Assembly (NCBI GenBank): GCA_043800555.1
Contig: JAZDMX010000007.1
Coordinates: 26,683-90,682 of the forward strand
Source of the DNA: Candidatus Omnitrophota bacterium
GTDB taxonomy: Bacteria > Omnitrophota > Gorgyraeia > Gygaellales > Profunditerraquicolaceae
Direction: 5' to 3'
DNA length: 64,000 nucleotides
Position 1 is the stretch's first letter; each line of letters begins with the position of its first letter. The position numbers and the translations under genes are program-made. This document shows, piece by piece, positions 30,613 through 41,806 of this stretch. A model generated the notes under the pieces. The model did no database searches. It was not told where the DNA came from and worked only from the letters and a program-made list of their open reading frames with translations.

Positions 30613-31539
30613 ATGGATAAATTAAGGGTAGCGGTGATTGGCGTAGGGCACTTAGGCAGTATTCATGCTAAAATATATCAAGAAATCCCCGATTGCTCGC
30701 TTGAGGCTATCTGCGATACGGATAAAGCGCGCTTAGAGGCCGTAGCCCAAAGCCTGAATGTGCCCGGATACCGGGATTACCGCGAGATTTTCGGTAAAGT
30801 TGACGCGGTAAGCATAGCCACTCCCACAAAACTGCACTACGCTGTCGCCAGCGACTGCCTGAAGCACAATCTGCATGCTTTGGTTGAAAAACCCTTTACT
30901 CCCAGCCTCCAAGAAGCTGACAGCCTTATCAATATAGCCAAAAACAATAATTTGATCCTGCAGGTAGGGCATATTGAACGCTTCAATTCCGCCTTTAGCG
31001 CTACCCGGAAAATCGTTAAGGACCCAAAATTTATAGAGTGCCACCGGCTCTCGCCTTTTCCAAACCGGTCGCTTGACGTAGGGGCTGTGCTGGATATTAT
31101 GATCCATGACATCGATATAATCCTGGGGCTGGTTTCTTCGCCTATCGAACACATTGAATCCGTAGGGATAAATGTACTTACCCCTTTCGAAGATATTGCT
31201 AATGCAAGGATTACCTTCGAAAACGGCTGCGTAGCCAATCTTACCGCCAGCCGCATTTCCGACGAGATAATGCGAAAAATCCGCATCTTTCAGGAAAACA
31301 CCTATATATCGCTGGACTACAAGAACGCTGAAGCCTGGGTATATCGAAAAGGCATCCTGAAGATTACGAAGGAAAGCCTGCCGATTGAAAAAGAGCAACC
31401 TCTGCAAAAAGAATTGCGGGCGTTTATCGGCTGCCTGATAAATAAAGAAGAACCTCTTGTATCGGGCGCTGTCGCCCGCCAAGCCTTAAAAGTGGCTTTA
31501 GAGATCCAACATCAGATATGGCACAAAAACAAATCCTGA
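30613..31539 (+). CDS. Gfo/Idh/MocA family NAD(P)-dependent oxidoreductase
   Basis: MDKLRVAVIGVGHLGSIHAKIY Rossmann N-terminus and conserved EKP motif (LVEKPFT). The ORF-track start at 30583 is TTG; the ATG at 30613 is preferred. Confidence 0.7.
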   Translation: MDKLRVAVIGVGHLGSIHAKIYQEIPDCSLEAICDTDKARLEAVAQSLNVPGYRDYREIFGKVDAVSIATPTKLHYAVASDCLKHNLHALVEKPFTPSLQEADSLINIAKNNNLILQVGHIERFNSAFSATRKIVKDPKFIECHRLSPFPNRSLDVGAVLDIMIHDIDIILGLVSSPIEHIESVGINVLTPFEDIANARITFENGCVANLTASRISDEIMRKIRIFQENTYISLDYKNAEAWVYRKGILKITKESLPIEKEQPLQKELRAFIGCLINKEEPLVSGAVARQALKVALEIQHQIWHKNKS

Positions 31540-32651
31540 TCATCTGCGGCGAACCGTCGGGCGAGCTCCACGCGGCCAACCTTGTCTCGGCGATAAAAGA
31601 AATCGACCCTAAAATCAGAGTTTTAGGCGTAGGTAGCGCGCTCCTTGCAAAAGCCGGAGCGGATATTATTTTCAACATAAAAGGCTTAAGCGTTATGGGG
31701 CTTTTTGATGTCATCAAGAAACTCCCTAGGTTCATCAGCTTAAAGAGAACAATTTTAGATAAACTTGCTTTGGAAAAATTCGACGCGGTCATCTTCGTGG
31801 ATTTTTCCGGATTTAACCTCAGACTTGCTAAAACAATCAATAACCGCATCCCCGCTATTTACTATGTCAGCCCGCAGGTTTGGGCATCCCGGCCGAAAAG
31901 AATCCAGATTTTAAAGAAATACACCCGCAAAATCATCGTCCTCTTTGAATTTGAGAAAGAATTTTATAAAAAATACGGGATGGATGTTGATTGCGTTGGG
32001 CATGCTTTATTGGATATCGTCAAACCGACTATAGAGAAAGACAAGCTGCTCCATAAACTAAATCTCTCCCAAGAAAAAAAAACAATAGCTCTTTTGCCGG
32101 GTTCGCGTAAACAAGAAATCAATAAAATCCTGCCGGTAATGCTTAAAACCGCTCAGCTCATGAATAAAGATAACGGCTTTCAATTTGTGATCGCTAAGGC
32201 TAGCTCGCTTGATTGGAAGTTTTACGATAAGATAGCCAGGAAATTCGAAGTTGAAGCCAAGTTTTTGGAAGGAAAAACTTACGATACCCTGAATATCGCT
32301 GATTTTGCTTTGGTCTGTTCAGGGACTGCGACACTGGAAACCGCGATAATGCAGAAACCTTTCTTTATAATTTATAAGATGAACCTCTTGAATTACCTGC
32401 TTTACCGTCCGCAGGTTAAAATTCCTTATATAGGAATAGTGAATATTGTGGCAGGCAAGAAAATAATCCCGGAATTTATCCAGTTTCAGACGAAACCTAA
32501 AAAAATAGCTGCCCTTGCGTTAGAACTTATCAATAATCGCGTTAAGCTTGAAAATATGAAAGCTGAACTTAGCGCGATCAAATCCTCTTTAGGCCCTCCC
32601 GGAGCCGCTCATCGCGCCGCCAAAATCATAATTGATTTCTTAAATATTTAG
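31518..32651 (+). CDS. lpxB: Lipid-A-disaccharide synthase
   Basis: ILIICGEPSGELHAANLVSAIKE...LGVGS N-terminal GT-B signature; 377 aa; overlaps the upstream gene by 22 nt. Confidence 0.85.
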   Translation: MAQKQILIICGEPSGELHAANLVSAIKEIDPKIRVLGVGSALLAKAGADIIFNIKGLSVMGLFDVIKKLPRFISLKRTILDKLALEKFDAVIFVDFSGFNLRLAKTINNRIPAIYYVSPQVWASRPKRIQILKKYTRKIIVLFEFEKEFYKKYGMDVDCVGHALLDIVKPTIEKDKLLHKLNLSQEKKTIALLPGSRKQEINKILPVMLKTAQLMNKDNGFQFVIAKASSLDWKFYDKIARKFEVEAKFLEGKTYDTLNIADFALVCSGTATLETAIMQKPFFIIYKMNLLNYLLYRPQVKIPYIGIVNIVAGKKIIPEFIQFQTKPKKIAALALELINNRVKLENMKAELSAIKSSLGPPGAAHRAAKIIIDFLNI

Positions 32652-32699
32652 GGACGGTTCTCAAGGTAAAGCAAAGCGCCCCCTGGCCCCCGGTTAATA

Positions 32700-33788
32700 T
32701 TAAAACGGCTCCGCCATTTTAATGCGTTCATCTATTGGCGGATGGTCAAAGAAGAAAAATTTGATTACCGGATGCGGGGACCTATCGGCAAGGTTCTGCT
32801 TGGCAAGTTTATCCATGGTAGAAATAAAGGCACTTTTTAATCCGGTAACCTCCAGCGCCAAAGAATCAGCGCTTCTCTCAAAACTCCTGCTGATAAATGC
32901 CTCAAGCGGCTGGGTAATCATTCCAAACAACATAAAATAAAGCAAAACAACCGGAAGCGCTGCCAGATCCCCCAACGAAGATAACCCGAATATATCCAGC
33001 ATACCGCTATTGGTCCGGAAAATAAGATAAAATACCGCCAGGGTCACCAAAGAATTAACCGCAATCAACTTTAAGAGGTGCTTTAGCTGGCAGTGCGCGA
33101 ATTCATGCGCCAAAATAACCTCAATTTCATCATAGCTATATTTATCTTTTAGGGTATCGGCCAGGATTATCCTGCGGGTGCTTCCGACTCCGACAAAAGC
33201 GGCATTTGCCTTTAAGGTCTTCTTGCTGAAATCAATCTCAAAACAATCCAAAACCTTGACTTTCATCTTATCGGCCAATTTCATGATCCGGCTGCGTAAA
33301 TTTTCGTCACCCAGTTTTTTATACTTAAAGAACATCGGGATTATAATGATAGGCATAAGCTTGGCCATAACAACGCTAAAGAAAATCCAAAAGATTGAAA
33401 CGGTTAGCCACCAGTTACCGGGGTTACGTTTCAGAATAAAATAAAAGGCCCCGACCAAGATCAGGCTGATAACATAAGAAATCGCGCCTGCCTTAAACTG
33501 GTCTTTAAGCCAATCCCTTAGCGTTTGCCTGCTTAAAGAAAACCTGTGTTCTAAAATATAAGACTGGGAGAAATTAAATGGAAGGTCCAAGCAATAATAG
33601 CCAAAATAAGCTATCAAGATATACAGAGGCAAGGCTAGGAAATTTGGCGCGTAAATACTTAAAACTGATGCCAAACCCCGGGATAATCCTGTCCTTAAGA
33701 ATAGAATGATAAGGATAAGGGTATAAATTATACCGGCTATATCCAAACCATACTTAATGTTGGAGTACTGCTTTGCCCTGTCAGACAT
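32700..33788 (-). CDS. M48 family zinc metallopeptidase (Ste24/HtpX-like), polytopic membrane protein
   Basis: HEFAH zinc motif (VILAHEFAHCQLKH) downstream of multiple TM helices, plus a third ligand region (E...SFERSADSLALEV). Confidence 0.75.
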   Translation of the reverse strand: MSDRAKQYSNIKYGLDIAGIIYTLILIILFLRTGLSRGLASVLSIYAPNFLALPLYILIAYFGYYCLDLPFNFSQSYILEHRFSLSRQTLRDWLKDQFKAGAISYVISLILVGAFYFILKRNPGNWWLTVSIFWIFFSVVMAKLMPIIIIPMFFKYKKLGDENLRSRIMKLADKMKVKVLDCFEIDFSKKTLKANAAFVGVGSTRRIILADTLKDKYSYDEIEVILAHEFAHCQLKHLLKLIAVNSLVTLAVFYLIFRTNSGMLDIFGLSSLGDLAALPVVLLYFMLFGMITQPLEAFISRSFERSADSLALEVTGLKSAFISTMDKLAKQNLADRSPHPVIKFFFFDHPPIDERIKMAEPF

Positions 33789-33800
33789 ATTGATAACCGT

Positions 33801-33822
33801 AATTCCAAACCCGCATTGGAAT
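33801..33822. repeat. Half-unit of the palindromic repeat family, copy B
   Basis: AATTCCAAACCCGCATTGGAAT is identical to the right arm of copies C/E/F. It lies between the M48 peptidase start and the L27-like gene end. Confidence 0.6.
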
Positions 33823-33829
33823 CAGGTTT

Positions 33830-34069
33830 CTATTTCTTTTCGGTAGGCTTGATATTGACAAAGGTGCGTACCTTGCCGTGGCTCGTCTTCTTTTTAGAAA
33901 AATAGACCTTCCCGGGGCATTGGGCAAATAACGTGCCCAAACCTTTTACGTTAACTCCGGCCTTGTAGGTATCTACCCCTCTAATCAGGATTTGCCCGGT
34001 CAAGACCTGCATGCCTTCGGAAACTTTATTCGCTTTGTCTTTCTTTGGGGTTGAAAATCCGCCTGTCAT
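33830..34069 (-). CDS. rpmA: Divergent ribosomal protein L27-like protein (stand-alone, not in an rplU-rpmA operon)
   Basis: Core aligns with L27: VLTGQILIRGVDTYKAGVNVKGLGTLFAQCPGKVYF vs E. coli [39 protein letters not shown]. The N-terminus lacks the canonical AHKKGGGSTRNGRDS. Confidence 0.55.
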   Translation of the reverse strand: MTGGFSTPKKDKANKVSEGMQVLTGQILIRGVDTYKAGVNVKGLGTLFAQCPGKVYFSKKKTSHGKVRTFVNIKPTEKK

Positions 34070-34197
34070 CGCATTCTCCTCCTTAATTTTCCCGCGCTAA
34101 TCTTCCTGAAAACCAATCCCGGCCGCCAAGCTATTCCGGGCCAGAAGCAAAAAATATGCGCACATTAATGATGAAAAGCCATATTACCACAAATTCC

Positions 34198-35592
34198 CTA
34201 CTCAAGCAACACTTCTTCGCCCTTAGACGGTATATAAGAATCCAGGCCATTTCGAGTAAGCGCCTCTTGCAGGGAAAGCATTTGATCCTCTTCGCCATGA
34301 ACTAAAAATATACGCTTTAAGGGGAGGCAGGCGGTTATGAACTTCATCAGCTCGTTTTTATCCGCGTGCCCGGACATAGCGTTAATGACTACGACTTCAG
34401 CGTTAAGTTCATATTCGATACCGAATATGCGCACGAATTTATCCATGCTTACGATCTTCCTGCCTAATGTATCGCGCGCCATATACCCAACCACAAGGAT
34501 CATGTTCCGGGAATCCTCTATATTATTCTGAAGATGGTGCAGGATCCTTCCGGATTCGCACATCCCGGAGCCGGCGATAATAATCATCGGCCGCTTATCC
34601 GCGTTAAGGGCTTTGGATTCTTTCTGCTCGCGGATAAACCTTAAATTCAGAAACGCAAAAGGGCTCTCCCCCCTGACTATTGCCTGGCGGTTCTCCTCAT
34701 CCATATAGTCGGGGTGTCTCTCGAAAACCTCGGTGATATCGGTAGCAAGCGGGCTATCCACATATATCGGGACATCAGGAATCAGCTTTTCTTTCAATAG
34801 GGCATTTAAATAATAAATCACTTCCTGGGTGCGCTCTAAAGTAAAAGAAGGAATAAGGACCTTGCCTCCCCGGCGCAGAGTCCGGGATATCGCTTCCCTA
34901 AGCCTTGACTGCGCTTCTTCTATCGGAGTATGCGTCCTTGCGCCATAGGTGCTTTCAATAATCAAATAATCAAGCCCCTTAGGAATAGCCGGATTATTCA
35001 ATAACGGCAAGTTTTCCCTCCCCAGGTCTACGGCATAGCCAAGGCGGACATTGCGGTTTTCATCCTTGATATCCAAGACAACCACGGCCGAACCCAATAT
35101 ATGCCCCGCGTCAATAAGCGTTGCGTAAACATTCTTGGCTATGCAGAACTTTTGATTATAAGAAATCGGCCTGAATATTTTAGTGGCGCGGGAAGCTTCC
35201 TTCTTGGTATAGAGAGGTTTTCTTTCGGGGAGCCCTATTCTTTTATTTATTTTATTAACGTATTTTACGTCTTCTTCCTGGATCTTCCCGGAATCGATAA
35301 GCATAAGCTCGCTCAAAGCCTTGGTGGCTGCGGTTGTATAGATCTTGCAGCGCAGCCCTTTCTTAATCAAGCTGGGGATACTTCCGCAGTGGTCGATATG
35401 CGCGTGCGATAAAACAAGCGCGTTGATCAAACGGGGATTAAAACTAAAGGTGGTATTTATTGCATAAGACTCGTCGCGCCGTCCCTGGAATAACCCGGCA
35501 TCAAGCAAGACTTCGGTTTTTCCGCATGAGACCAAATGGCTTGAGCCGGTAACAGTCTTAACCCCGCCCAAGAACCTTACTTTAACAGCCAT
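34198..35592 (-). CDS. Beta-CASP metallo-beta-lactamase-fold ribonuclease (RNase J/CPSF-like family)
   Basis: HxHxDH motif LSHAHIDHCGS and downstream beta-CASP motifs (D, H, H). 464 aa. Confidence 0.7.
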   Translation of the reverse strand: MAVKVRFLGGVKTVTGSSHLVSCGKTEVLLDAGLFQGRRDESYAINTTFSFNPRLINALVLSHAHIDHCGSIPSLIKKGLRCKIYTTAATKALSELMLIDSGKIQEEDVKYVNKINKRIGLPERKPLYTKKEASRATKIFRPISYNQKFCIAKNVYATLIDAGHILGSAVVVLDIKDENRNVRLGYAVDLGRENLPLLNNPAIPKGLDYLIIESTYGARTHTPIEEAQSRLREAISRTLRRGGKVLIPSFTLERTQEVIYYLNALLKEKLIPDVPIYVDSPLATDITEVFERHPDYMDEENRQAIVRGESPFAFLNLRFIREQKESKALNADKRPMIIIAGSGMCESGRILHHLQNNIEDSRNMILVVGYMARDTLGRKIVSMDKFVRIFGIEYELNAEVVVINAMSGHADKNELMKFITACLPLKRIFLVHGEEDQMLSLQEALTRNGLDSYIPSKGEEVLLE

Positions 35593-35610
35593 AGTGTTTT
35601 TTATCTAAAC

Positions 35611-37284
35611 TCATTTATCATAAGTGGAATAAAAATACGGGGTGTGGGCAAGAAATTCCGCGGCGCAGGTATCCACAAGCTTAAAGGTCGCTTTAATATC
35701 GAATGATTTACGTAAGCTTAAGACCTCTCCCTCTTTTTTATCCCAAAGCTTAGCCAATTGCCTGTCGCTAAAACCGAATTCCTTAAGCTCCAGCATCAGC
35801 TCCTTGGATATATTATCCTTATTCCTGATGGCCTTCTTCTCCAAATCAATAATCTCTTTAAGGTTATTCAAGAACCACCGGTCGATTTTTGTAAGCTCGA
35901 AAATCCTATCTATCCCCATTCCGCTTCGCAACGCATCGCCGATATAAAATATCCTTTCGGCTCCCGGGGACTTTAACTTTTGCTCGATATCCTTCCTGGC
36001 GCCTTTTGCGTTTTTATCCTCGAGCGACACAGCCCATTTATTATCAAATAAAATGCTCTCCAGGCCGTATTTTTTGATCTCCAGGGAACGCAATCCCTTT
36101 TGCAGCGCTTCTTTGAAAGTCCTGCCGATGGACATCGTTTCACCGACGGATTTCATGGAAACGGTTAAAACCGGATCAGCCGAAGGAAATTTCTCGAAAG
36201 TAAAACGCGGGACCTTAACTACGCAATAATCAATTGCCGGTTCAAAACAAGCGGGTGTTTCGCGGGTTATATCATTAGGTATCTCATCCAGCGTGTAACC
36301 AACGGCCAGCTTTGCGGCAATCTTAGCTATCGGGAAACCCGTTGCCTTGGAAGCAAGGGCAGAGCTCCGGGATACGCGCGGGTTCATTTCGATAATAACC
36401 ATGCGGCCGGTATCCGGATGGACGGCAAACTGTATATTCGAGCCTCCTGTCTCAACCCCAATCTCCCTGATGCAGGCAATTGCCGCATCGCGCATCTTCT
36501 GGTACTCTTTATCGGTAAGGGTTTGGACCGGGGCAACGGTAAGGCTATCTCCGGTATGCACCCCCATCGGGTCGAAATTCTCGATAGAACAGATAACCAC
36601 GCAATTGTCCTTTAAATCCCGCATAACCTCAAGTTCAAATTCTTTCCAGCCGCAGACCGACTCTTCGATCAAGATCTCGCTTATCATGCTGGACTCCAGC
36701 CCCGACTTGGCTAACCCCCTGAATTCTTCTTTGTTATAAGCTATGCTTCCGCCTGTGCCTCCTAAAGTAAAGCTCGGCCGGATAATTACCGGAAACCCAA
36801 TTGCTTTAGCGGCTTTAAAGGCTTCTTTGAGATTATAAGCTTTATTGCTGCGCGGTAAATCCAGGCCTATTTTCTTCATCGCTTCTTTAAATAACTGCCT
36901 ATCTTCTCCCTTCTTTATCGCTTTTATATTGGCCCCGATGGTTTCAACTTTATACTTATTTAATACCCCTCTTGCCGCCAAGGCCACAGTGACATTTAAG
37001 GCGGTTTGCCCCCCTAACGTAGGAAGAAGCGCATCCGGCCTCTCTTTGGCAATGATCCTTTCCAGGACTTCCGGGGTAATCGGCTCAATATAGGTAGCGA
37101 AAGCTACTTGCGGGTCAGTCATGATTGTGGCGGGATTAGAATTTACTAAAACAACCTTAAACCCCTCTTCCTTCAAGACCTTGCAAGCCTGGGTGCCGGA
37201 ATAATCAAACTCGCAAGCCTGCCCTATGACAATGGGGCCTGAGCCGATTATCAATATTTTCTTAATGTCTGTCCGCTTAGGCAT
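35611..37284 (-). CDS. carB: Carbamoyl-phosphate synthase large subunit, N-terminal half only (carboxyphosphate + oligomerisation domains); split carB
   Basis: N-terminus [26 protein letters not shown]... The protein ends ...[21 protein letters not shown], which matches E. coli CarB ...VDTCAAEF...YMYSTYEEECE at the boundary before the second synthetase repeat. Confidence 0.8.
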   Translation of the reverse strand: MPKRTDIKKILIIGSGPIVIGQACEFDYSGTQACKVLKEEGFKVVLVNSNPATIMTDPQVAFATYIEPITPEVLERIIAKERPDALLPTLGGQTALNVTVALAARGVLNKYKVETIGANIKAIKKGEDRQLFKEAMKKIGLDLPRSNKAYNLKEAFKAAKAIGFPVIIRPSFTLGGTGGSIAYNKEEFRGLAKSGLESSMISEILIEESVCGWKEFELEVMRDLKDNCVVICSIENFDPMGVHTGDSLTVAPVQTLTDKEYQKMRDAAIACIREIGVETGGSNIQFAVHPDTGRMVIIEMNPRVSRSSALASKATGFPIAKIAAKLAVGYTLDEIPNDITRETPACFEPAIDYCVVKVPRFTFEKFPSADPVLTVSMKSVGETMSIGRTFKEALQKGLRSLEIKKYGLESILFDNKWAVSLEDKNAKGARKDIEQKLKSPGAERIFYIGDALRSGMGIDRIFELTKIDRWFLNNLKEIIDLEKKAIRNKDNISKELMLELKEFGFSDRQLAKLWDKKEGEVLSLRKSFDIKATFKLVDTCAAEFLAHTPYFYSTYDK

Positions 37285-37359
37285 AATAGTTTAAATTCGA
37301 AGCAAGAAAACCGGCTTCCGAAACAAACCCGGATTTTATAATGTTCCGCGCCCAAAAAA

Positions 37360-38604
37360 CTATTTTTGTTTTGGACATCTGGATTTTGAACATTTGGGAA
37401 AACCTGCGCCTGCCTGCCGGTCAAGCCGGGATTGCGATAACCGGGTATCGGATTTAGGCTTCTTCATCATCTCAACAAAATCGTCAAACAAATACTCCGC
37501 GTCATGCGGCCCGGCGGAAGATTCCGGGTGGAACTGCACGGAAAAAACCGGAAGCTTTTTATGCCGCAGGCCTTCCGGAGTCAAATCATTTAAATTAATA
37601 TGAGTCAATTCGATATCTTTTTTATTCAAGGAATCCATGTCCACGCAAAAGCCGTGGTTTTGGACTGTAATAGACACTCTACCGGTTTTTAAATCCTTCA
37701 CCGGTTGATTGGCGCCATGGTGGCCGAATTTAAGCTTATAGGTCTTGCCGCCGAAAGCCTGCCCCAGTATTTGATGGCCTAAACAAATCCCGAATACCGG
37801 TAATTTAGCCAATAGCGCTTTTACGGTATTTACTATATACGGCAGGGCCGCGGGGTCCCCGGGGCCGTTGGAGATAAGGATACCGTCGGGCTTCATTTCC
37901 AGTATTTGGCTGGCTGTAGCCGTGCACGGCACAACAATTACTTCGCACTCGCGTTTAACTAATTCCCTCAAAATATTATACTTCACTCCGCAGTCAATTA
38001 CCGCTACTTTAAATTTACCCTTTAAGAAAATGGGGCCGGAATTATTTTTCCTGCGCATAGAAACGGGTGAAAATAATCCTGGCGCCGTTTTTCCTTTTTG
38101 GCCCCATTTATAAGCCTTGCTGCAAATTACTTCCTTAACCAAATCCCTGCCGGCTAAGCCGGGAGAACCGCGGGCTTTTCTGACCAAACTTCTTTCATCC
38201 GGATCAACCGTAGATAATACCGCCCTCATCGCTCCCTCTTGCCTTATATGCAAAGTCAAGCTGCGGGTATCTATGCCTTCAATGCCGACAACGTTATTTT
38301 CCTTTAAATACACCGCCAGCTCTTTTTGAGAACGCCAGTTACTGGTTATCCGGCTATACTCCTTGACTACGAATCCTTCGATAAACGGCTTAGAGGACTC
38401 GGCATCTGCGGAATTTACCCCATAATTGCCGATTAACGGATAGGTCATGGCTACAATCTGCCCCTTATAGGAAGGATCGGTAATAATTTCCTGGTAGCCG
38501 GACATACTGGTATTAAAAACCACCTCTCCGAATTTTTCGCCTTCGGCGCCAAAAGATCTCCCTCTAAATATTGTCCCGTCTTCTAAGGCTAGTATTGCGC
38601 TCAT
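37360..38604 (-). CDS. carA: Carbamoyl-phosphate synthase small (glutamine amidotransferase) subunit, with about 25-aa basic C-terminal tail
   Basis: ALEDGTIFRGRSFGAEGEKFGEVVFNTSMSGYQEIITDPSY N-terminus; GATase triad region (VFGICLGHQIL). Confidence 0.85.
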   Translation of the reverse strand: MSAILALEDGTIFRGRSFGAEGEKFGEVVFNTSMSGYQEIITDPSYKGQIVAMTYPLIGNYGVNSADAESSKPFIEGFVVKEYSRITSNWRSQKELAVYLKENNVVGIEGIDTRSLTLHIRQEGAMRAVLSTVDPDERSLVRKARGSPGLAGRDLVKEVICSKAYKWGQKGKTAPGLFSPVSMRRKNNSGPIFLKGKFKVAVIDCGVKYNILRELVKRECEVIVVPCTATASQILEMKPDGILISNGPGDPAALPYIVNTVKALLAKLPVFGICLGHQILGQAFGGKTYKLKFGHHGANQPVKDLKTGRVSITVQNHGFCVDMDSLNKKDIELTHINLNDLTPEGLRHKKLPVFSVQFHPESSAGPHDAEYLFDDFVEMMKKPKSDTRLSQSRLDRQAGAGFPKCSKSRCPKQK

Positions 38605-38655
38605 AATGTGGCTTAATATATAGGCACGGGCAAAGAAAGCCTAATTTATCTATTA

Positions 38656-40299
<1,644 letters not shown>

Positions 40300-40371
40300 C
40301 TAAAGATCCCCGTAAACCTCGGGCTCAAAACTTGCTGCCCGGCATTAAACCGGGATCTCCCTTAAGAAAAT

Positions 40372-40407
40372 GGCGTTTTAGGGCCGAGTCTCTGGCCTAA
40401 AAACGCC
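40372..40407 (-). terminator. Rho-independent terminator candidate downstream of the HD-GYP gene
   Basis: GGCGTTTTAGGGCC-gagtctct-GGCCTAAAAACGCC. On the minus strand it is followed by CAUUUUCUU. Confidence 0.5.
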
Positions 40408-40465
40408 CTTGTTAGTTTTAGTCCTTCCCTGAATTAGAAATATTATAACACAATAATATAATATG

Positions 40466-41806
40466 TCAAACTAAATGCAGGAATTCTTTGCCTTCCGACC
40501 AGGGGCTCAAATAACGCTCTATCTTGATATTGTCCATATTTTCATTTAAATCAATTATCTCTCCGTTATTTTGCGGGTGGATAATCTTTACCCTGGGAAG
40601 GAATATGTTAGTTTCATTCTCCTGCACGACCACTCCCACCCGCTTATCGTTTAAAAGGATAATTGAGCCTACCGGCCATACGCCGATAGCTTTAAAGAAA
40701 GCGCTCAATAAATCCGGATCAAAACTCGTTTTGCTGCCGCGCATCATAAGGCCATAGATCATATCCGGAGGATAATCTGTTTTGTAGCTCCTCCTTTGCG
40801 AAAGCGCGTCATAAACATCGCAGATAGAAACAATCGCTGAAACAATGTGCTGTTTCTTTTTAAAGACGCTCTTGGGATAACCGCTCAAATCATACTTTTG
40901 GTGGTGCTCAAAACTAACTACTACCGGCATAATCCCTATAGCCTCGGTATACTCCATAAGAAGCTTGGCGCCCAGGATAGTGTGGCTCTCCATCTGCTCG
41001 AATTCCTGCACGCTAAGTTGCCCGGGCTTACGGATGGTCTTGCGGGAAATATAGAGTTTCCCTATATCATGAAACAACGCGGATATGCCTATCTCCATAA
41101 TCACGTCTTTATTAAACCCTAACTTTGAAGAAAAATGCATGCTCAATATGGAAACATTCAACAAATGGATAAATGTCCCGGTGTCGTATCTTTTTAAAGT
41201 TGCCAGCTTAAATAACTGGCCATAATAAACGCCGAGGTTATTAACGATATTATTTATCGCAAGCCTCAGGCTCAATCCATCCACAGTTTCATTATTCATG
41301 ATCTTGGTCAACGCGGGAGAAATTTGATCAAGCGAAACCTGGTAATTATTTAATAAATCCGGGTGCTCTTTCTTTTTCCCTGCATCCTCTTGAGGGGAAC
41401 CCTTAACTTTACCCACGGATATATTCCTGACTCCCGATAGGGCCAAGGATTCCTGAGGATCGCCCTTTATCTCCTCTTTAGAAAGGGCCAAGAATTCAAT
41501 GAACTTATTCAGCTCTCCAAGCCCTAAACCGCGGCTAAAGGCGATCCTTTCTATACCCCTGCCCTTTAAATATACAACCATTTGATTAAGGAATTTACTT
41601 AGATCAAAAAAGATCTCTTTCTCAAAAGCCAATTCTTCTCCGATGATCCCGATAACCAATTCTGGCCTGTCGGCTAAAACATCCTGGAGGCTAAGATAAG
41701 CTTTTTCCGCCGATTTTAAGACAATCGGATGCGACGCTCCGTAAAGCTTAGCCATCTGAAGGCAAGTCAAGAAGTCTTTAAAACAATCCCCGATATTATC
41801 GTTCAT
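40466..41806 (-). CDS. HD-GYP domain protein (probable c-di-GMP phosphodiesterase) with N-terminal DUF3391-like domain
   Basis: HD-GYP signatures LFHDIGKLYIS ... FEHHQKYDLSGYPKS ... ICDVYDALSQRRSYK. The N-terminal about 110 aa is paralogous to the N-terminus of the upstream 637-aa protein. Confidence 0.75.
   Translation of the reverse strand: MNDNIGDCFKDFLTCLQMAKLYGASHPIVLKSAEKAYLSLQDVLADRPELVIGIIGEELAFEKEIFFDLSKFLNQMVVYLKGRGIERIAFSRGLGLGELNKFIEFLALSKEEIKGDPQESLALSGVRNISVGKVKGSPQEDAGKKKEHPDLLNNYQVSLDQISPALTKIMNNETVDGLSLRLAINNIVNNLGVYYGQLFKLATLKRYDTGTFIHLLNVSILSMHFSSKLGFNKDVIMEIGISALFHDIGKLYISRKTIRKPGQLSVQEFEQMESHTILGAKLLMEYTEAIGIMPVVVSFEHHQKYDLSGYPKSVFKKKQHIVSAIVSICDVYDALSQRRSYKTDYPPDMIYGLMMRGSKTSFDPDLLSAFFKAIGVWPVGSIILLNDKRVGVVVQENETNIFLPRVKIIHPQNNGEIIDLNENMDNIKIERYLSPWSEGKEFLHLV

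Noticed and set aside
35592-35611. Possibility that the carB stop is a sequencing or assembly frameshift and a full-length carB is present
   Set aside because: The downstream gene is an intact, unrelated beta-CASP RNase starting 19 bp later, and no carB C-terminal half is encoded anywhere nearby. The stop falls exactly at the domain boundary. An error cannot be fully excluded without reads.
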